A program made the position numbers and the translations under genes. A model generated the notes under the pieces. It was not told the origin of the DNA, did not search any database, and saw only the letters and a list, made by a program, of their open reading frames with translations. Below, one piece after another: positions 1 to 14,220 of a stretch of 64,000 nt of DNA. Position 1 is the stretch's first letter; the number at the start of each line of letters is the position of its first letter. Source of the stretch: Mobula birostris (taxonomy: Eukaryota); contig NC_092375.1 of the NCBI RefSeq assembly GCF_030028105.1, positions 167,771,415 through 167,835,414 on the forward strand. Direction: 5' to 3'.

Positions 1-2186
1 CAGAACTATAAATGTGACAACAAATCCTGAACTTCTCCATTGATAGGAACCATCAACTTCCACCAGTTAGATGTGGCCCTTAAGTTTTAATTGTACTGCT
101 GTGTCTATACAAAAGCTAGACTTTAGGGAAAAGTCATAGGAAAACAAATTGATTTTTGAAATATGATGCTAAAAAAAGATCAATTTTTTGGAAGTGTATA
201 AAAAGGACCAAATGACCTACATTCTTGCTTTTATTTTCTGTATTAACTTCACAAAACCAAACGAAAGAAGGGAGTACAAGCCAAAACAACTTAGACACAG
301 ACATCCAAGAGCTGCCTTTCAAAACAAGTTAAGTTTTGAACAGTATTAAGAACAACAGGACCCAAGCAGCTGAGGCATCACAAGAAGAGCAAGATAGAAA
401 GACCAATCAATGGCAAACCAGAGACCAAGTAGATGAACGACAATGAACAAACTAATGAGAACAAACTAATTAAGGAAATGGAGGCAATAGAGGATACGGA
501 ATATTTTTTGAAAGAAAATTGATTCTGAAACAACTAATTAGGATTAAAGCTGGGCAAACTATTTAAACACAATGGCATGCAATTTTGGAATTAAGAAAAG
601 GTGGTATGAATCTGATGATAATTTATCAACATTCATTAAGATAGGCCAATCATGTCAAGGAAACAAAAAAAACATCCTACAGAATATCTCTGCTCAAGAA
701 AAAAACTGAAGGTTAAATGAGTTATTTACAATTGTACAAACGTACACGGTGTAAAATTTCTTATCCCATAAAAGTTGGACATTACATTAGAAACCTTATG
801 AAATGTTTTGAATAGAGACAGTATAGGTTCAAGATAGATACAATTTATATCTTCAAAAATTTTATCAAAATGTTACTTCAATACATTGAATTTTCATAAA
901 ATATTGATAACATCAGAAAATTCAGTTTTATAGTACCACAAAATGTAGTAGTATGTTCATCCTATCTCAGGATAAATAAGACTCTGACAATGCAGTATCT
1001 GGTGCAAACACAAATCCAGTTCAGCAATCGAAATCGTTATTCAAAAATGCAAGCTGAGGATCCAGATTGCAAACCAAGTGTGCAGCCAACGATGGAGTCC
1101 CGAGTACGAACTGGGTTTTTATATTGATTAAGACAGATCTAACTGATGAAAACTGCAGGTCATGAGGTACTGTGGGCCATTAGCAACAGCAGCAAAAATA
1201 CAATCCACCATAATTCAATGAATGGATAAATGCCTACTAGGAGCAGTAAAGGTACACAAAGTGCAAAATGCTGAAACTTCAACAGGATTTGAGACACACA
1301 GAAGAAAAAAATACGTCATGCAATAGACAATGACTATACAACCAATAAATCAAATCAAAGTTCTATAGTCCAGTCACATTCAATCATGAATGGTGACAAA
1401 TGGATAATGAAATGAGGCGGCTTTCAGTTTATACTCATCTTTAATGATTGGGCCCATTATGCAAGCACTAACACAAGGTTGAAGAACTTATAATCATGTT
1501 TAGTCAAAACTGCCCAGAGAATGAGCCATTTCAGTATTGAGATCCCAGTCATCAGCCAGATTGACTCATTTCATGTGATATCAAGAAATCATTACAATAT
1601 TGAAATATTGCAAGAGGTCTCATCTATGTTATTTAAAGATGTGCGCTCCAGAAATAATATCTCAAAACAAATGACCCAGTACAGTATCAAAATGGCATCC
1701 ACCAACAATATGGAAACAATTATGGTTATAATTGGGTATATCATGTTCCTGAAAGCAAATCAATCCAAAAGACCAGTGTAAAAAAAAAAGTGCTCATGTT
1801 TATAATACTACTGGAGAGCAGGGGTGGGTTGTAATTGTGGTCAGGATTGAATATCTCTGCAGATCTGTAGTCTCCCATCCTCCTCTCCAAAATACTGGCC
1901 AATTCTGATGCAACTTAGTTTTTTTTCCTCCACATACTTGGCTGTGCTTACCCAGTGTTCTCCTTCATGTTCAAATTTCTAGTGACAGAATTTTTCCCCC
2001 TTTTTTTTTTATATACCCAGTAGCACACCTACTCCAGCCAAATTAGCTACCATCTGCAAGCTTTCATCATGCTTTCAGTCAACACGTTGTCATAGACATT
2101 GTCTTTGTTGCCTCCAACTCACTTTTCTACATGTTTCACAATTTTTTCTCCAGTTTTTGAGGAAACTTATCTACCCAAGATACTTA

Positions 2187-2920
2187 CGTAATGCCCTGGT
2201 AAAGATTTTACTGCTAATGTTATAGGGTATTTCATGTAACAGTTTTTGGTCGAAGCAGTATGTTCTGCTGGTAGTGTTTGGTTTACTATTAAATATGAGT
2301 GATGCTTAGAAATGTTGTGTCATCCATTCAGCAAGGTGGAACTAGGAGAAGCTTCTACAGAATGTTAGAGGAGAGGTTTTGTGATGGACACTGAGGTGGG
2401 TTGGGGTCTTTTTCAGCGGGAGATGAAGAGAGAAGAAGCTTGAGAGAACAGGTCGTAGGATTCTATGGATGGAGTCCAAGAGGGAGAATTCTACTGGGGA
2501 TCGGTGAATATGAATTAGTGCTGTGAGTAAATCAGACACATTGGATTGTGGAAGATCTGAGCTCCAGCCTGTGCACATTTGACTGTCTAATTAGAATGTG
2601 CCCTTTTTGTTTTTTCTCCCCTTCCTTTAATAACTCTGGTTAAGTTAACATTCATAGATATACTTTCTTTATAATTGTATGCAGTGTACGATCGGTTATT
2701 TCTTGCCGACAGGTGATTGCATCGGGCAGTAAATCACACAGTATTCACACAAACCTTGGTTGGGTGGGCAAGACATCCCAACCTCACAGGTTTGGTGGGA
2801 CCCAAGTCATATCTACCCTCGACGTATGGAGTCTAAGTTTTCTCAATGCCGAGTCCAATGGCTGTTTGCGAGGGGCTAACAAGCCGCATTGCTAGAGATG
2901 CCCAGTATAAAGGAGTTTCA
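2187..2920. mobile_element. Probable solo LTR
   Basis: CGTAA...TTTCA ends (TG..CA with one change) flanked by 4-bp CTTA duplication (2183-2186, 2921-2924). Confidence 0.45.
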
Positions 2921-4557
2921 CTTATTATTACTTTCTCCATATTTGCTCCCCATCTGCTAATTATTTTTATTTCAAGTTTCTAGAATCTGCATTTTTGTTG
3001 CTTTTCAACTGTAACAAGATCGATAGTACTAATGGTTACCAGTCTAGATAAGAATAAAATTAGAATGCCAGTACATATTTCTATCAGAATCATGATGGCA
3101 GAATTCTTGAAAATGTTCAAAACGCTTTGCTGCTGAATGTATTGGATAAATATTCATACATGAGTAGGTATGCTAGAAGAACTTCAATTTAATAATTCTC
3201 AATGCATCTTGGGCTCCAGTTGCAACCAAATTTCCCTGAAATTCATCATAAATTTAAGCATCTTTAAACTAAATTTGATAGTAAACAGAACTGCAAGATT
3301 TTTAATTATGAAGATTTTATCTATTTTCTAAGATCTGCATTATGAAAGTTACCACGGGATTTCTAATCCTGCTTTCAACAAATCCAAGAAACATTCTTAA
3401 TTTCTTATGGAACTATTAGCAGCCAAGCGCAAGTAGACCAATAAATTGATATTTATAGACTGTTGTTTTGACCTATTAGATCACACTAAGTGGTATCATT
3501 ACATGCCACTTTCAATTAACCACATTACTAGCAAGCAACATTAAATATAGAATTTAATGGAAATATAGCATTTCCAGTCCAATATTATGAGCTAACTAAA
3601 TGCCAATGATATTTTATAACAATTAATTTACTTATCTTTCAATAATTGTATTTATATATAAATTGTCTCTATTTTCACTCTGATCAAACACAAAGCAAAA
3701 ATAAACAGCCTCAAACTACAAATTGGATTAACAGCAATGCACTGGCACCCAGTTTAGTGATACTCCTTAATGGGGTGATTACTGTTGTACTTGATCTTCC
3801 AGTCCATTACTCACAATTGCACATTGCAATAATGCCATCTACTCAATCAGTGCACTGTGATGTTGTGAACCCAGCACAAGCCACTGTCTTCCTTGCTGCT
3901 GCTTTGTCCTACATTTAGTGGTTTTCAACCAAACACAGCAACTTTGAACAGGAGAGAATGCAGGAAGCATTCATTCAGTCAGTCCACAAAGGCACCAGCC
4001 ACTGATAACCCCAGCACTGCAGCAAGCACTCATCATGCCAGCCGTGGCACAGTCCCTGAGCCATGCATCGCAGGAGTGAGTACAGTAGTTGCACAACTCT
4101 GCAAACTAGCCTAACATAAGCCCTCAGCCCCTGTACATTGCCATAGTGCAAGTTATCGTTCTTAATGGCTCCCTTCAACTGAACAGAGTAATGTCATTGC
4201 ACACATATCTAAGGCCAGCACAAGGATATTCTGTAGCTGATAATAATCACTAGAGAATTCCAGACCTGGTGGATAATACATTTTCCTCAGAATGATGGAA
4301 GAGATTTGTTTAAAAAAATGTATCTGTGTTTTTCTCAGGATCTTTTCTATAGTTTTCTAAAATTAATGCACGTGACAGAAAAAATGGCAGATCTCAGTTG
4401 CAACTTGCATAATTAACCAGTGCGTGTGCAAACTGTAAATAGAAACACTCACTGAGTTGAGAAGTCCTTTATTATTTTGTCCATATTATTTTCTAATTCC
4501 AATGCTATTAGTTTAAAATTCCAGAGTTTACCTTGGTAGACAAAGCCCCACTATTAC

Positions 4558-4745
4558 ACACACAAAAAAAACGCTGAAGGAACTCAGTAGGTCAGGCAGC
4601 ATCTAGGACTGGAGTCCTAATGAGGGGTCTTAGCCCAAAATGGCAACTCTTTATTCCACTCCATAGATGCTGCCTGACCTGCTAAATTCCACCAGCAGTT
4701 TGTGAGAGAGACTCTGGATTTCCAGCATCTGCAGAATCTCTTGTG
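4558..4745. mobile_element. Short fold-back Penelope-derived element, decayed hammerhead motif
   Basis: Inverted arms GGTCAGGCAGCATCTA / TAGATGCTGCCTGACC around CCTAATGAGGGGTCTTAGCCCAAAA. Confidence 0.7.
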
Positions 4746-7700
4746 ACCCATTATTACAAAGATTTTCCCCTGCAATAAGCGCATCTACATTGCCAAAATC
4801 ACTTGTTTCTCCATTGTTTGATTCTCTTCACTACACTTCAAGCAATTACAGATCCTACACAAAATGAATTTTTATTTACATAATTAGGCTCTCGATATAT
4901 TAAGCTACATTAGGGTTTGGAAGATTTATAGCCAATATTTAGTTTGCAGTTCATTCCACAAGCCACATTTTATGAATGAACCATCATGCTTTTCCATTCT
5001 TATTAGTGCCTCTTGATTATTGATTTAATTATGTTTTGCATTAACAGCACTCTAATGCGTTTCTCTGTACTCTCTTTCTCTTCACCCCGTCATTCGACCC
5101 TTCAATATCCTTTGCTTTAATCATAAATTTACTGGTCTCAGGGCAAGACTTTCCAAGCTACCTTGTATTTTAGACAGTCTTTTTTTCCCTTTTGAAATCT
5201 CAAACTGGATTGCAAAAGAACTTTTTAAACATAAGCACACTTTTTTTAAAAATAGATAAAACAGCAACATAAATACGTAATCAATTCATTCCTATAATTG
5301 ACAAAAAATGCCAATTAATGTCTAGGACAGCTTGTCAGACTCTCTTATTGGGGATGGTCCTTTACCCAGTACTCCTGCAGCAATGTTCTGGGACTTACAT
5401 AATTGATCTTTAACAACTAAAACATGTTCTCTTTAATTCATGGTAGGATTCAAATATTGCGATCATTGCCCCTTGGTGCCTATTGACATCCAGGGCTCTT
5501 GACAATTCGCTGATGTCATGTAGAGTGAAATGAAATTTCAGAAGACTGGCATCTGATGCTGGAGCTCTCAGGGAGAAGCCAAGATGGATTATACCACTTG
5601 GCATGCGACTTCACACCTATCTGTATTGAAATTAATTTAGCAATTACATTAACATTTTACAAATTCATATGACCCTACACTTACAATTTTACCTATACCA
5701 ACCCAAGTCGAGTGATCACTAGTTCTAAAGTTGAATTTCTCATTCTGGAGCCCAAAAATTGAATCAAATTATAACTAGATGGTCTCAGCATTGACCAACC
5801 ATTTTAGATTATCCATCTGTTCAAAAACTTGACTTTGAACTTACAAAACGATACACAACACAGCACCAATATTTCCCAATCTAACTGCAGGGCTAGCCAA
5901 GACTTTGAAGGTGCTGCAGTTAGAAAGACGAAACAGTGCAATACAGTATGAAAGGCATTTAGAAACTAAAATTGCATTGTGAATGAACAATTCAAAGTCT
6001 GAACCAAAAACAATAATTAGAAACTTGAGAAAGACTACTTTTAGCAATTATGATTCACCTTATAAAAAAAGTGTCCTTTATAGAAATTTAGCACTTGTCA
6101 ATTAAAATCTACTGTGCACATTTGTGATCTTCATAACATTCAAAGCTTTCGACTGGCAAGTTAGACAACAAAATGCCACTTTCACAAAGTAGTTAGCAAT
6201 TACTGTCTGAGACAACAACTTCCAGATTTTAGCGTTTAATTACACAACTTCTCTCATGAACTGGCTGTACAAGTTGTGCATAAATAAAAGTGAGCACCAT
6301 ACACCTCAACATTATTCTGAAAGTAAATTCTTGTTCGAAACTACATACTAAAAAATAAAAATAATCAAATTTTTTTGGATAGAACTGACCCACCAACAAA
6401 ATCCACCAATATTTACACATTGTTTATCACAAAGTACAGTTTCCATGCAATTAGCCAATTACCATGCAATTACCCCAATTTCAATCAGAAAAATGATGAT
6501 CCACAATGACATCAAGTAGCACTTACTCTTCCATAACTTACTCACTGATGTTCAGTTTAGTTTTTGCCAGTGCAACTTGGTTCCAGACATCATCACAACC
6601 TTAGTCCAAACACAGACCAAAGAGCTGAACTCCCAAGAGTGAGAACGACTGCATTTACCAAGTAAGGCAGAGACAGTAATTGAACACTACATGATGAGCA
6701 CTTAAGGTAAAATACTTCGTGCAAAGGAAGAATGTTGCTAAAAGGTGAGTCACCAGCCCTAGGACAACACCGCACGAGGAACTCACAAAGTGCTGCAGGA
6801 ACTCAAGGTCAGGCATTTGGCAACACTGCACAAATTGCTCAGCACTTATTTTTATCCTTAGCTGCCTCAATGGCCTTCTATCAGAGGGTTAGAGCTGTAA
6901 ATATTCACTGATGATTGAACAGTTCCATTTATACCACTAAATGTCAGGTATATTCAACAAGAGAATTATCCACCTGCACTTGACATTCAGTGTATTACCT
7001 TCACAGTCCCTCACTATGAATATTCTGGTGCTCATCACACAAATTAAACAAATAAATCACTTGCCCCCTAACACTCCAAACCCTTTCCACATCTACAAGA
7101 TACAAACTATGAAAGTGATTGCATACTCTGCACATGCCTCCAACAATTCTCCAGAAACTCAGTTCTATCCAGGACAAAGCCACCTATTCAATCCATACAC
7201 CACACACCACCTTAAATATTCATTCCTTCCACTAGCACACACAGGGACTATAATACATACTGACAGTTACAAATGGAAGAATATTCAGCTGTAAGGGGAA
7301 CGCACAGCATTTCTGAAGACACAAATGTGACTCCAGCACGGTATACAAGAAAGGACAGGCAAAAAGGAAGAAGTAGATTGGTGATGCTAACTTGAAGAGA
7401 TATTTGAAAAATTGAGGAAGGTTATCAGCCTGAAAAAGTGGAATTTGTTGGGGTATAGTAAACAAATACCACAAGAAACATTTGTGGCATTTGTCCACAA
7501 ACTCTCAACAGTAGCAGTGAGGTTGACACTGTGGAAAGTTAGAGTGTTGAAAAAGTGTACAACTGCAAATATGGGCAACTTTAATTTACATATAGAATAG
7601 GCTAACCAAATTATGAGCACTACTACATATTGGAATTCTATCCTACAAAACAGAAGATGTGCAGAGTAAATCAGATGCTTTTCAGGACCAGTACCCTGAA

Positions 7701-7839
7701 GAACCACTTCGAGTGCAAGCCAGCCTTGATTGGTATTATGTATTGTAAAAGGATTGACAGGTAAAGACAACAAAAAAATTGAGCATAAAAGTAATAACAG
7801 TCACGAGAAAGAATTTATAATAGGGAACAAAGCTTTCTC

Positions 7840-8794
7840 TACTTGAGGTATTGATTACAAGAGTAGACAGTTTGGTCAGACTTCAGTTGGGATATTGCTT
7901 GAAGTTCTGGCCACCAGTTTAAGGAGAATATTAAAACTGATAGAGAGGGCATAGAGAACTTGCACAAGGATGTTGCCTGAGATGGACTGTTTCAGTTATG
8001 AGGACAGACTAGGTCTGTATTTCATGGAACAGAGGGGATTAAGAAGGAACAAGATGAGGATTATAGACAAGATAAACTACAGAAAACTTCCCAAGAGGAA
8101 GAATACGCAAATTTTAAGTAAAGGCCATGAGATTTGGAGGGGATCTGAGGGGTCTTGGAATTTACCGCCCAAGGGAGTGATAGAAACAAGAGTTGCTGGC
8201 ATCACTGAAAAATCCAAACAAGTATTTGAATTACCTAGACATTGAAGGCTATGCTCCAAGTACTAGAAGATGGGGTTAATACAGATAGGTGTCCACTGGT
8301 TAGCATGGATGTTTCAGGTCAAGCAACGGGTTTCCATACTAGATGACTATAAAGAAATAGCATCCCAATTAACAAATACTGTGGGTCAACTGTATCTTCA
8401 CAAAGAAGGGCACAAATAAAGTTCCAGAAATGCTGGGAACCCAGAATCTGTTTAAAAGAAAAAGCAAGTAGGGAAAAGGCATTAGGAAAATTAATAGGAT
8501 TGTATGCTGATAAATCCACAAGGCCCATAGTATGTACCTGTCAGTGAATAAAATGCTGGCGTCCATTATTAAAGACAATAATGGAATAGAGAAAGAATAG
8601 GGAAATCATGCTTGACAACTTTATTGAATTGTTTTGAAGATGGATTGGAGAGATTTGATGGATATGATGTTTTTGAACTTCTTTCTAAAACAAGAGCCCA
8701 GAAAGAGCCAAGTTGTTTAAAAATAAAGTACATGAATCTGGGCCAGTGTGCTACTGTGGGTCATGCCTCGTTACAGTCTGGAAGCAGAAGAAAT
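7840..8794 (+). mobile_element. Old degraded CR1 LINE fragments
   Basis: Recognisable similarity to the young CR1 at 38.3-42.6 kb (e.g. GGGAAATCATGCTTGACAAC). Confidence 0.6.
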
Positions 8795-10302
8795 GTTGGC
8801 TCTGTGGAACAATCCATGTTCCAAGCCTATTCTGGTATCTGTCCCCCACTTTTCCTTCGCTACATCGATGACTGCATTGGCGCTGCTTCTTGCACCCATG
8901 CTGAGCTCGTTGACTTCATTAACTTTGCCTCCAACTTTCACCCTGCCCTCAAGTTTACCTGGTCCATTTCTGACACCTCCCTCCCCTTTCTAGATCTTTC
9001 TGTCTCCATCTCTGGAGACAGCTTATCTACTGATGTCTACTATAAGCCTACTGACTCTCACAGCTATCTGGACTATTCCTCTTCTCACCCTGTCTCTTGC
9101 AAAAATGCTACCCCCTTCTCAAAATTCCTCTGTCTCTGTCACATCTGCTCTCAGGATGAGGCTTTTCATTCCAGGACGAAGGAGATGTCTTCCTTTTTTA
9201 AAGAAAGGGGCTTCCCTTCCTCCACCATCAACTCTGCTCTCAAATGCATCTCCCCCATTTCAAGCACATCTGCTCTCACTCCATCCTCTCGCCACCCCAC
9301 TAGGAATAGGGTTCCCCTCGTCCTCACCTACCACCCCACCAGCCTCCGGGTCCAACATATAATTCTCCGTCACTTCCGCCACCTCCAATGGGATCCCACC
9401 ACTAAGCACATCTTTCCCTCCCGCACCCCCCCCCCCGCTTTCCGCAGGGATCGCTCCCTACGCAACTCCCTTGTTCATTCCTCCCTCCCCCCCAATCTCC
9501 CTCCTGGCACTTATCCTTGCAAGCGGAACAAGTGCTACACATGCCCTTACACTTCCTCCCTCACTACCATTCTGGGCCCCAGAGACTCCTTCCAGATGAG
9601 GCGACACTTCACCTGTGAGTCAGCTGGGGTGATATACTGCATCCGGTGATCCCGATGCAGCCTTCTATATATTGGCGAGACCCAATGCAGACTGGGAGAT
9701 CATTTCGCTGAACTGCCAGAGAAAGCAAGATCTCCCAGTGGCCACACATTTTAATTCCACGTCCCATTCCCATTCTGATATGTCTATCCACAGCCTCCTC
9801 TACTGTAAAGATGAAGCCACACTCAGGTTGGAGGAACAACACCTTATATTCCGTCTGGGTAGCCTCCAACCTGATGGCGTGAACATTGACTTCTCAAACT
9901 TCCACTAATGCCCCACCTCCCCCTTGTACCCCATCCGTTATTTATTTATATACACAAATTCTTTTTCTCTCTCTCTCCCTCTGTCCTTCTCACTATACCC
10001 TTTGCCCATCCTCTAGGTTCCCCCCTCCTCCTTTCTTTCTCCCTGGGCCTCCTGTCCCATGATCCTCTCATATCCCTTTTGCCAATCAACTGTCCAGCTC
10101 TTGGCTCCATCCCTCCCCCTCCTGTTTTCTCCTATCATTTTGGATCTCCCCCTCCCCCTCCCCCTCCCACTTTCAAATCTCTTCCTAGCTCTTCTCTCAG
10201 TTCATCCTGACGAAGGATCTTGGCCCGAAACGTCGACTGTACCTCTTCCTAGAGATGCTGCCTGGCCTGCTGTGTTCACCAGCAACCTTTATGTGTGTTG
10301 TT
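8795..10302 (+). mobile_element. 5'-truncated Penelope-like retroelement (RT + GIY-YIG endonuclease + 3' end with hammerhead motif) inserted in an old CR1
   Basis: LRYIDD RT motif, VYYKPTDSH thumb, VIYCIR*...LYIGET GIY-YIG with an internal stop; AGAAGAAAT duplication at 8786-8794 and 10303-10311. Confidence 0.92.
10198..10239 (+). ncRNA. Minimal type I hammerhead ribozyme motif in the Penelope 3' end
   Basis: CTGACGA (10207-10213), stem II GGATCTTGGCCC, GAAAC, GTC cleavage triplet, GACTG; stems I and II each carry a mismatch. Confidence 0.65.
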
Positions 10303-10950
10303 AGAAGAAATAAATAGGTCCTTTCTCTTAATAGTAAACAATGACTAGTGCTTTTTGCAGGATTTAGTTGGACCCCAGCTGTTTCAGTTGAGAAAAGTAA
10401 ATGTAACATCTTAAGCTTTACAGACAACACAATATGTGAGTGGGAATTTATCTGTGAGGAAACTGCAGGTTTTCAGAGTCATTTGGATGGATTGAGAGAG
10501 TGGATAAGTGCATGGCAGATAAAGTACAGTACAATGATGATAATTGTGGGATTATCTACTCCAGGTGGCAAAATTTTGAGGCAGATTATTATTCAAATTG
10601 TAATAGATTCGGAGAAAGTAAAGTAGGAGATCCTGGACATACTCATACACCAGTTAACAAAAGCAAACATGATGTGCAGCAGGTGCTTAAAAAGGTAGTA
10701 AAATATTGACCTTTATAGTGAGAGAGGCTGAACAAGGATGTCTTGGTGAGAATATTGTGTGCTTCTTTGATCTCCTTGTCTGAGGAAAAATGTTTTGGCA
10801 GTAGGGAAGTGCAACAAAGTATCATCAGATTCATTACTGGATTAACAGCGTTAACAGAAGAAATTTTGAAACAACTTGACTCTTGGATACTGGAATTCAG
10901 AAAAGCAGGAGGGATTTCATTGAAGCTTATAATACCCTGACAGGACAAAC
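10303..10950 (+). mobile_element. Continuation of the old CR1 interrupted by the Penelope element
   Basis: Decayed RT/C-terminal CR1 sequence resuming after the target duplication. Confidence 0.6.
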
Positions 10951-10959
10951 TAGAACTAG

Positions 10960-11500
10960 ATATAAAGTGCCTTGAAAAAGTATTTAGCCCCACAACTATT
11001 TTTTCTCATTTTATTTTTTTTTAAAAATGTAAAATATATTGAAGTAGGATTCTTGAGCTAACCTACAAAACATGGTGCATCATGTCAAATCAAAAGAAAA
11101 AAAACTAAAACCTGTCAATAAGTTACTAAAATTAAAAAAACAAAATTGTGAGGCAGATAATGTATTCTTCCCTTTTGTAATTACTATACCAACTTTCCTC
11201 AGGTGCAATATACTAACTCGCCCAATTTGTTGATGTAGAAAATTGGAGGACCGCCCGTTTTCAATGAAATCATAAAAATAAATATTCCCTTTCTCTGTAA
11301 GGTCCAACAGTATGGCAGATTTTCACAAACCAAACCAAAAGGAAGACAAGAGAGCATTCAAGATAAGTCAAGGAAAAGACACTGAACATACTGTACCTCC
11401 AAGCACAGTGCAATCCATAGTGAAAAAGTGGAAAAATATGAAACCACATTGCCCAGATCAGGATGCCTCTCTAAACTGAGTCACAAGAGAATGTCTCTTT
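10960..11500 (+). mobile_element. Tc1-family DNA transposon left-end remnant
   Basis: AAAGTGCCTTGAAAAAGTATT terminus (CAGTGCCTTG-type) and decayed N-terminal transposase (STVQSIVKKW-like). Confidence 0.6.
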
Positions 11501-11539
11501 CAAGATAGTGAATGTTCTGGCTATCTCCAAGGTTCTGTA

Positions 11540-12950
11540 GTTTCTGGAACTATTTCTGGGGATTGGAGGATAAACCCTATTTAAGAGAGTTTGTGGTAGG
11601 AAAATGCTGCAATCTATAACAAATGAAAGTATTGGCAGGATTCAATATCGCAGATCAGGATTTAGGAAAAGAATATCACATTTAACTAATCTGCTGGTGC
11701 TCAGTGAAGGCATGACTAGCAGAATAAATAAGGGGAACCAGTAAGTATGGTGCTTTTGGATTTACAGTAGACTTTTAATCAATCTCAATGTTAGAGCACA
11801 TGAAATTGGGGTAACATACTGAAATAGAATAAGGAAGGGTTTTGAACAGAAAGCAAGAAGTGAGAAAAATTTAAACGCAAACAACAGGAATTCTGCAGGT
11901 GCTGGAAATTCAAGCAACACACATTGTTCTCAGGTTAACAGAATGTGATTGATGGGTACAGCAAGGGCTAATGCTGGCACCTCACCTTTGAATTGCTGAA
12001 GGTCAACATGGAGGTGAAGAAAGCAATTTAACAGGGAAACAGTATGATAACCATTACTATGAGAGAATTTAAATACAGGAGTAAGAAAGTCTTATTGAAA
12101 TTGTATAGCGCTTTGGCGAGAACACACCTGGAGTACTGTGTACAATTTTGATCTCCTTACCCGAAAAGAGGATATAGCTGCCACAGAGTGCGGCAAATAT
12201 TAACTAGACTGCGTCCTGGGATGGAGGATTTGCTGTAAAAGGATAAATTGAACAGACTGACCTGCCTGTGAGAGGAGACCTCATCAAAACTTACAAAATT
12301 CTTAAAGGTCTTTACAGATAAGAAGAACGATCTTTCCCCTGATTGAGGATTCTACAATCAGGAAGCACCATTTAGGGCAGGAGTTCCCGAACTTTTTTAT
12401 GCCATAGACCAATACCATTGAGCAAAGGGTCTGTGGATCCCAGGTTGGGAACTCCTGATTTAGGATACAGAACAGACCATTTAAAACTGAGGTAGTCTCT
12501 CAGAAACATTTGAAATTCTCTAACCACAAGTCTTTGTAGGCTTAATCATCATGTTCACTTAAAACATGGATTGATAAACTTCTGGACATGAAGGAAATCA
12601 AAGGATATGGGAATAACATTGGAAAATGGCAGTGTAGATGATCAGCCATCTTAAGACTCAAAACTCCGGTAATTTGATAAATTGGTTTATTATTGTCATA
12701 TGTTCGCGGGACAGAGAAAAATTTGGTTTTGCATGCCAACCATAGAGATCATTTTATCACTTCGAGCTGCCAGCACAAGTGGCAGATGCCATTTCGATTT
12801 CAATGCTTAAGAGCAGTTTAGACTGGTACATGGATGGGAGAGATGGACGGCTATGGTCCGGGTGCAGGTTGATGGGACAAGGCAGTTTAAATAGTTCGGT
12901 ATGAACTGGATGGGCCAAAAGGCCTGTTTCTGTGCTGTAGATTTCTATAA
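11540..12950 (+). mobile_element. Degraded CR1 fragments with small nested insertions
   Basis: ACACCTGGAGTACTGTGTACA (HLEYCVQ) and CR1-type 3' ends. Confidence 0.65.
12378..12457. mobile_element. 80-bp hAT/Charlie-type MITE
   Basis: TIRs CAGGAGTTCCC / GGGAACTCCTG; 8-bp TSD ATTTAGGG/ATTTAGGA; related copy at 58009-58087. Confidence 0.85.
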
Positions 12951-14114
12951 CATCGGTGCATCGAGGCAGTAACAGAATGCAGAATGGTGTTACAGTTACT
13001 GTTGGGATTCTCAAGGAGGCGCTCATGGAGTGAGGTTGTTTTTGGCTTCGCTCCATTACCATTTTTTTTAAACTTATGATCTCCCTTAATTTATTTTTAC
13101 CTACACTAGAAGATTTATTCTATACTACTGATTTTTCCTTGAAATGTAACTGAGAAATCTGAAGAAGTGAGCAAAGAAATAAGTACAAGATCTAAAGGGC
13201 GTGAACCTATCAGGAAATATCACAATAGTTCATCACAATATAACTGGTCAAGGGCAATTTACCCAGATATTTACAATTCATCATCATTATGTGCCACGTC
13301 ATATGACGTAGGCGACCACAGTGACCATGAATATTCTTGGCAATTTTTTTTTCCATAGAAATGGTTTACAATTGTTTTCTTCTGGGCAGTGTCATTACAA
13401 GACACTTTGCCCCAGCCATTATCAATACTCTTCAGATTGTCTGTCTGGCATCAGTGGTCACATAACCAGGACTTATGAGCAGTCAGTGCATATCACATGA
13501 CCATGCACCACCTGAAGATCTTTATGCTTGTTCTAGCAATGAGGTATTCTGCCAAGCAACTTGACACAGTCTGCTCAGGGAGTTACTGAACAGAGTTCAT
13601 CACATTTGTCCCGAACTTCCGGTAACTTGACCATTTTTTCTGAAAAGACCATCCCATCCCACAGCATGAACATAACTCTTAATTTTGAAAGTAGCTCAAT
13701 AGTGCCACAACAGTGTTCCACACACCGGGGACCTGGATTCAATTCTGTGTCTGGATCTGCGTGCTTTAGTTTCCATGCAGGTCAGTTGGCTAAATGGCCA
13801 TCCTATATGGTCCTGTGCACAGAATCTGGAAGGAATTGTCAAGGATGTGAGGAGAATAAAAATGTGATTAATTTGGATTACTGTGAATAGATAATTGATG
13901 GTCAGTGCTGATTTAGTGGGGTGCATGAATCTAATTTGTTCTCAATTACACCTAAAACTCTGCTCTGGGGCCAAAAGTAGAAAGTAACTAAACATCTCAC
14001 TATACACAGCAGTTTAACCACCAAGGATATCTGCCCAATGTACCACAGTCACATTCCTTCCCACCTTTAGTAGTATCTACTGGAGGCATTGCTTCATGAA
14101 GGCAACATCTATCA

Positions 14115-14220
14115 AAGCAACACATACAAAATGCTGGAGGATCTCAGCAGGCCAGGCAGCATCTACGGAAAAAGTACAGTCGACGTTTGGCCCAAAACAT
14201 CAACTGTACTTTTTCCATAC
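14115..14220 (-). mobile_element. Partial fold-back Penelope-derived element
   Basis: CAAAATGCTGGAGGATCTCAGCAGGCCAGGCAGCATCTA arm followed by a short inverted segment. Confidence 0.7.

Noticed and set aside
3880-3918. AAALSYI at the end of ORF 3646..3918 resembles the VALSYI of JAZF1 exon 2
   Set aside because: Wrong strand for the JAZF-like gene, no flanking similarity, followed by a stop; chance match.
8612-9649. 345-aa ORF as a domesticated fusion gene
   Set aside because: N-terminus is decayed CR1 reading by chance into a truncated Penelope RT; the GIY-YIG part has a stop.
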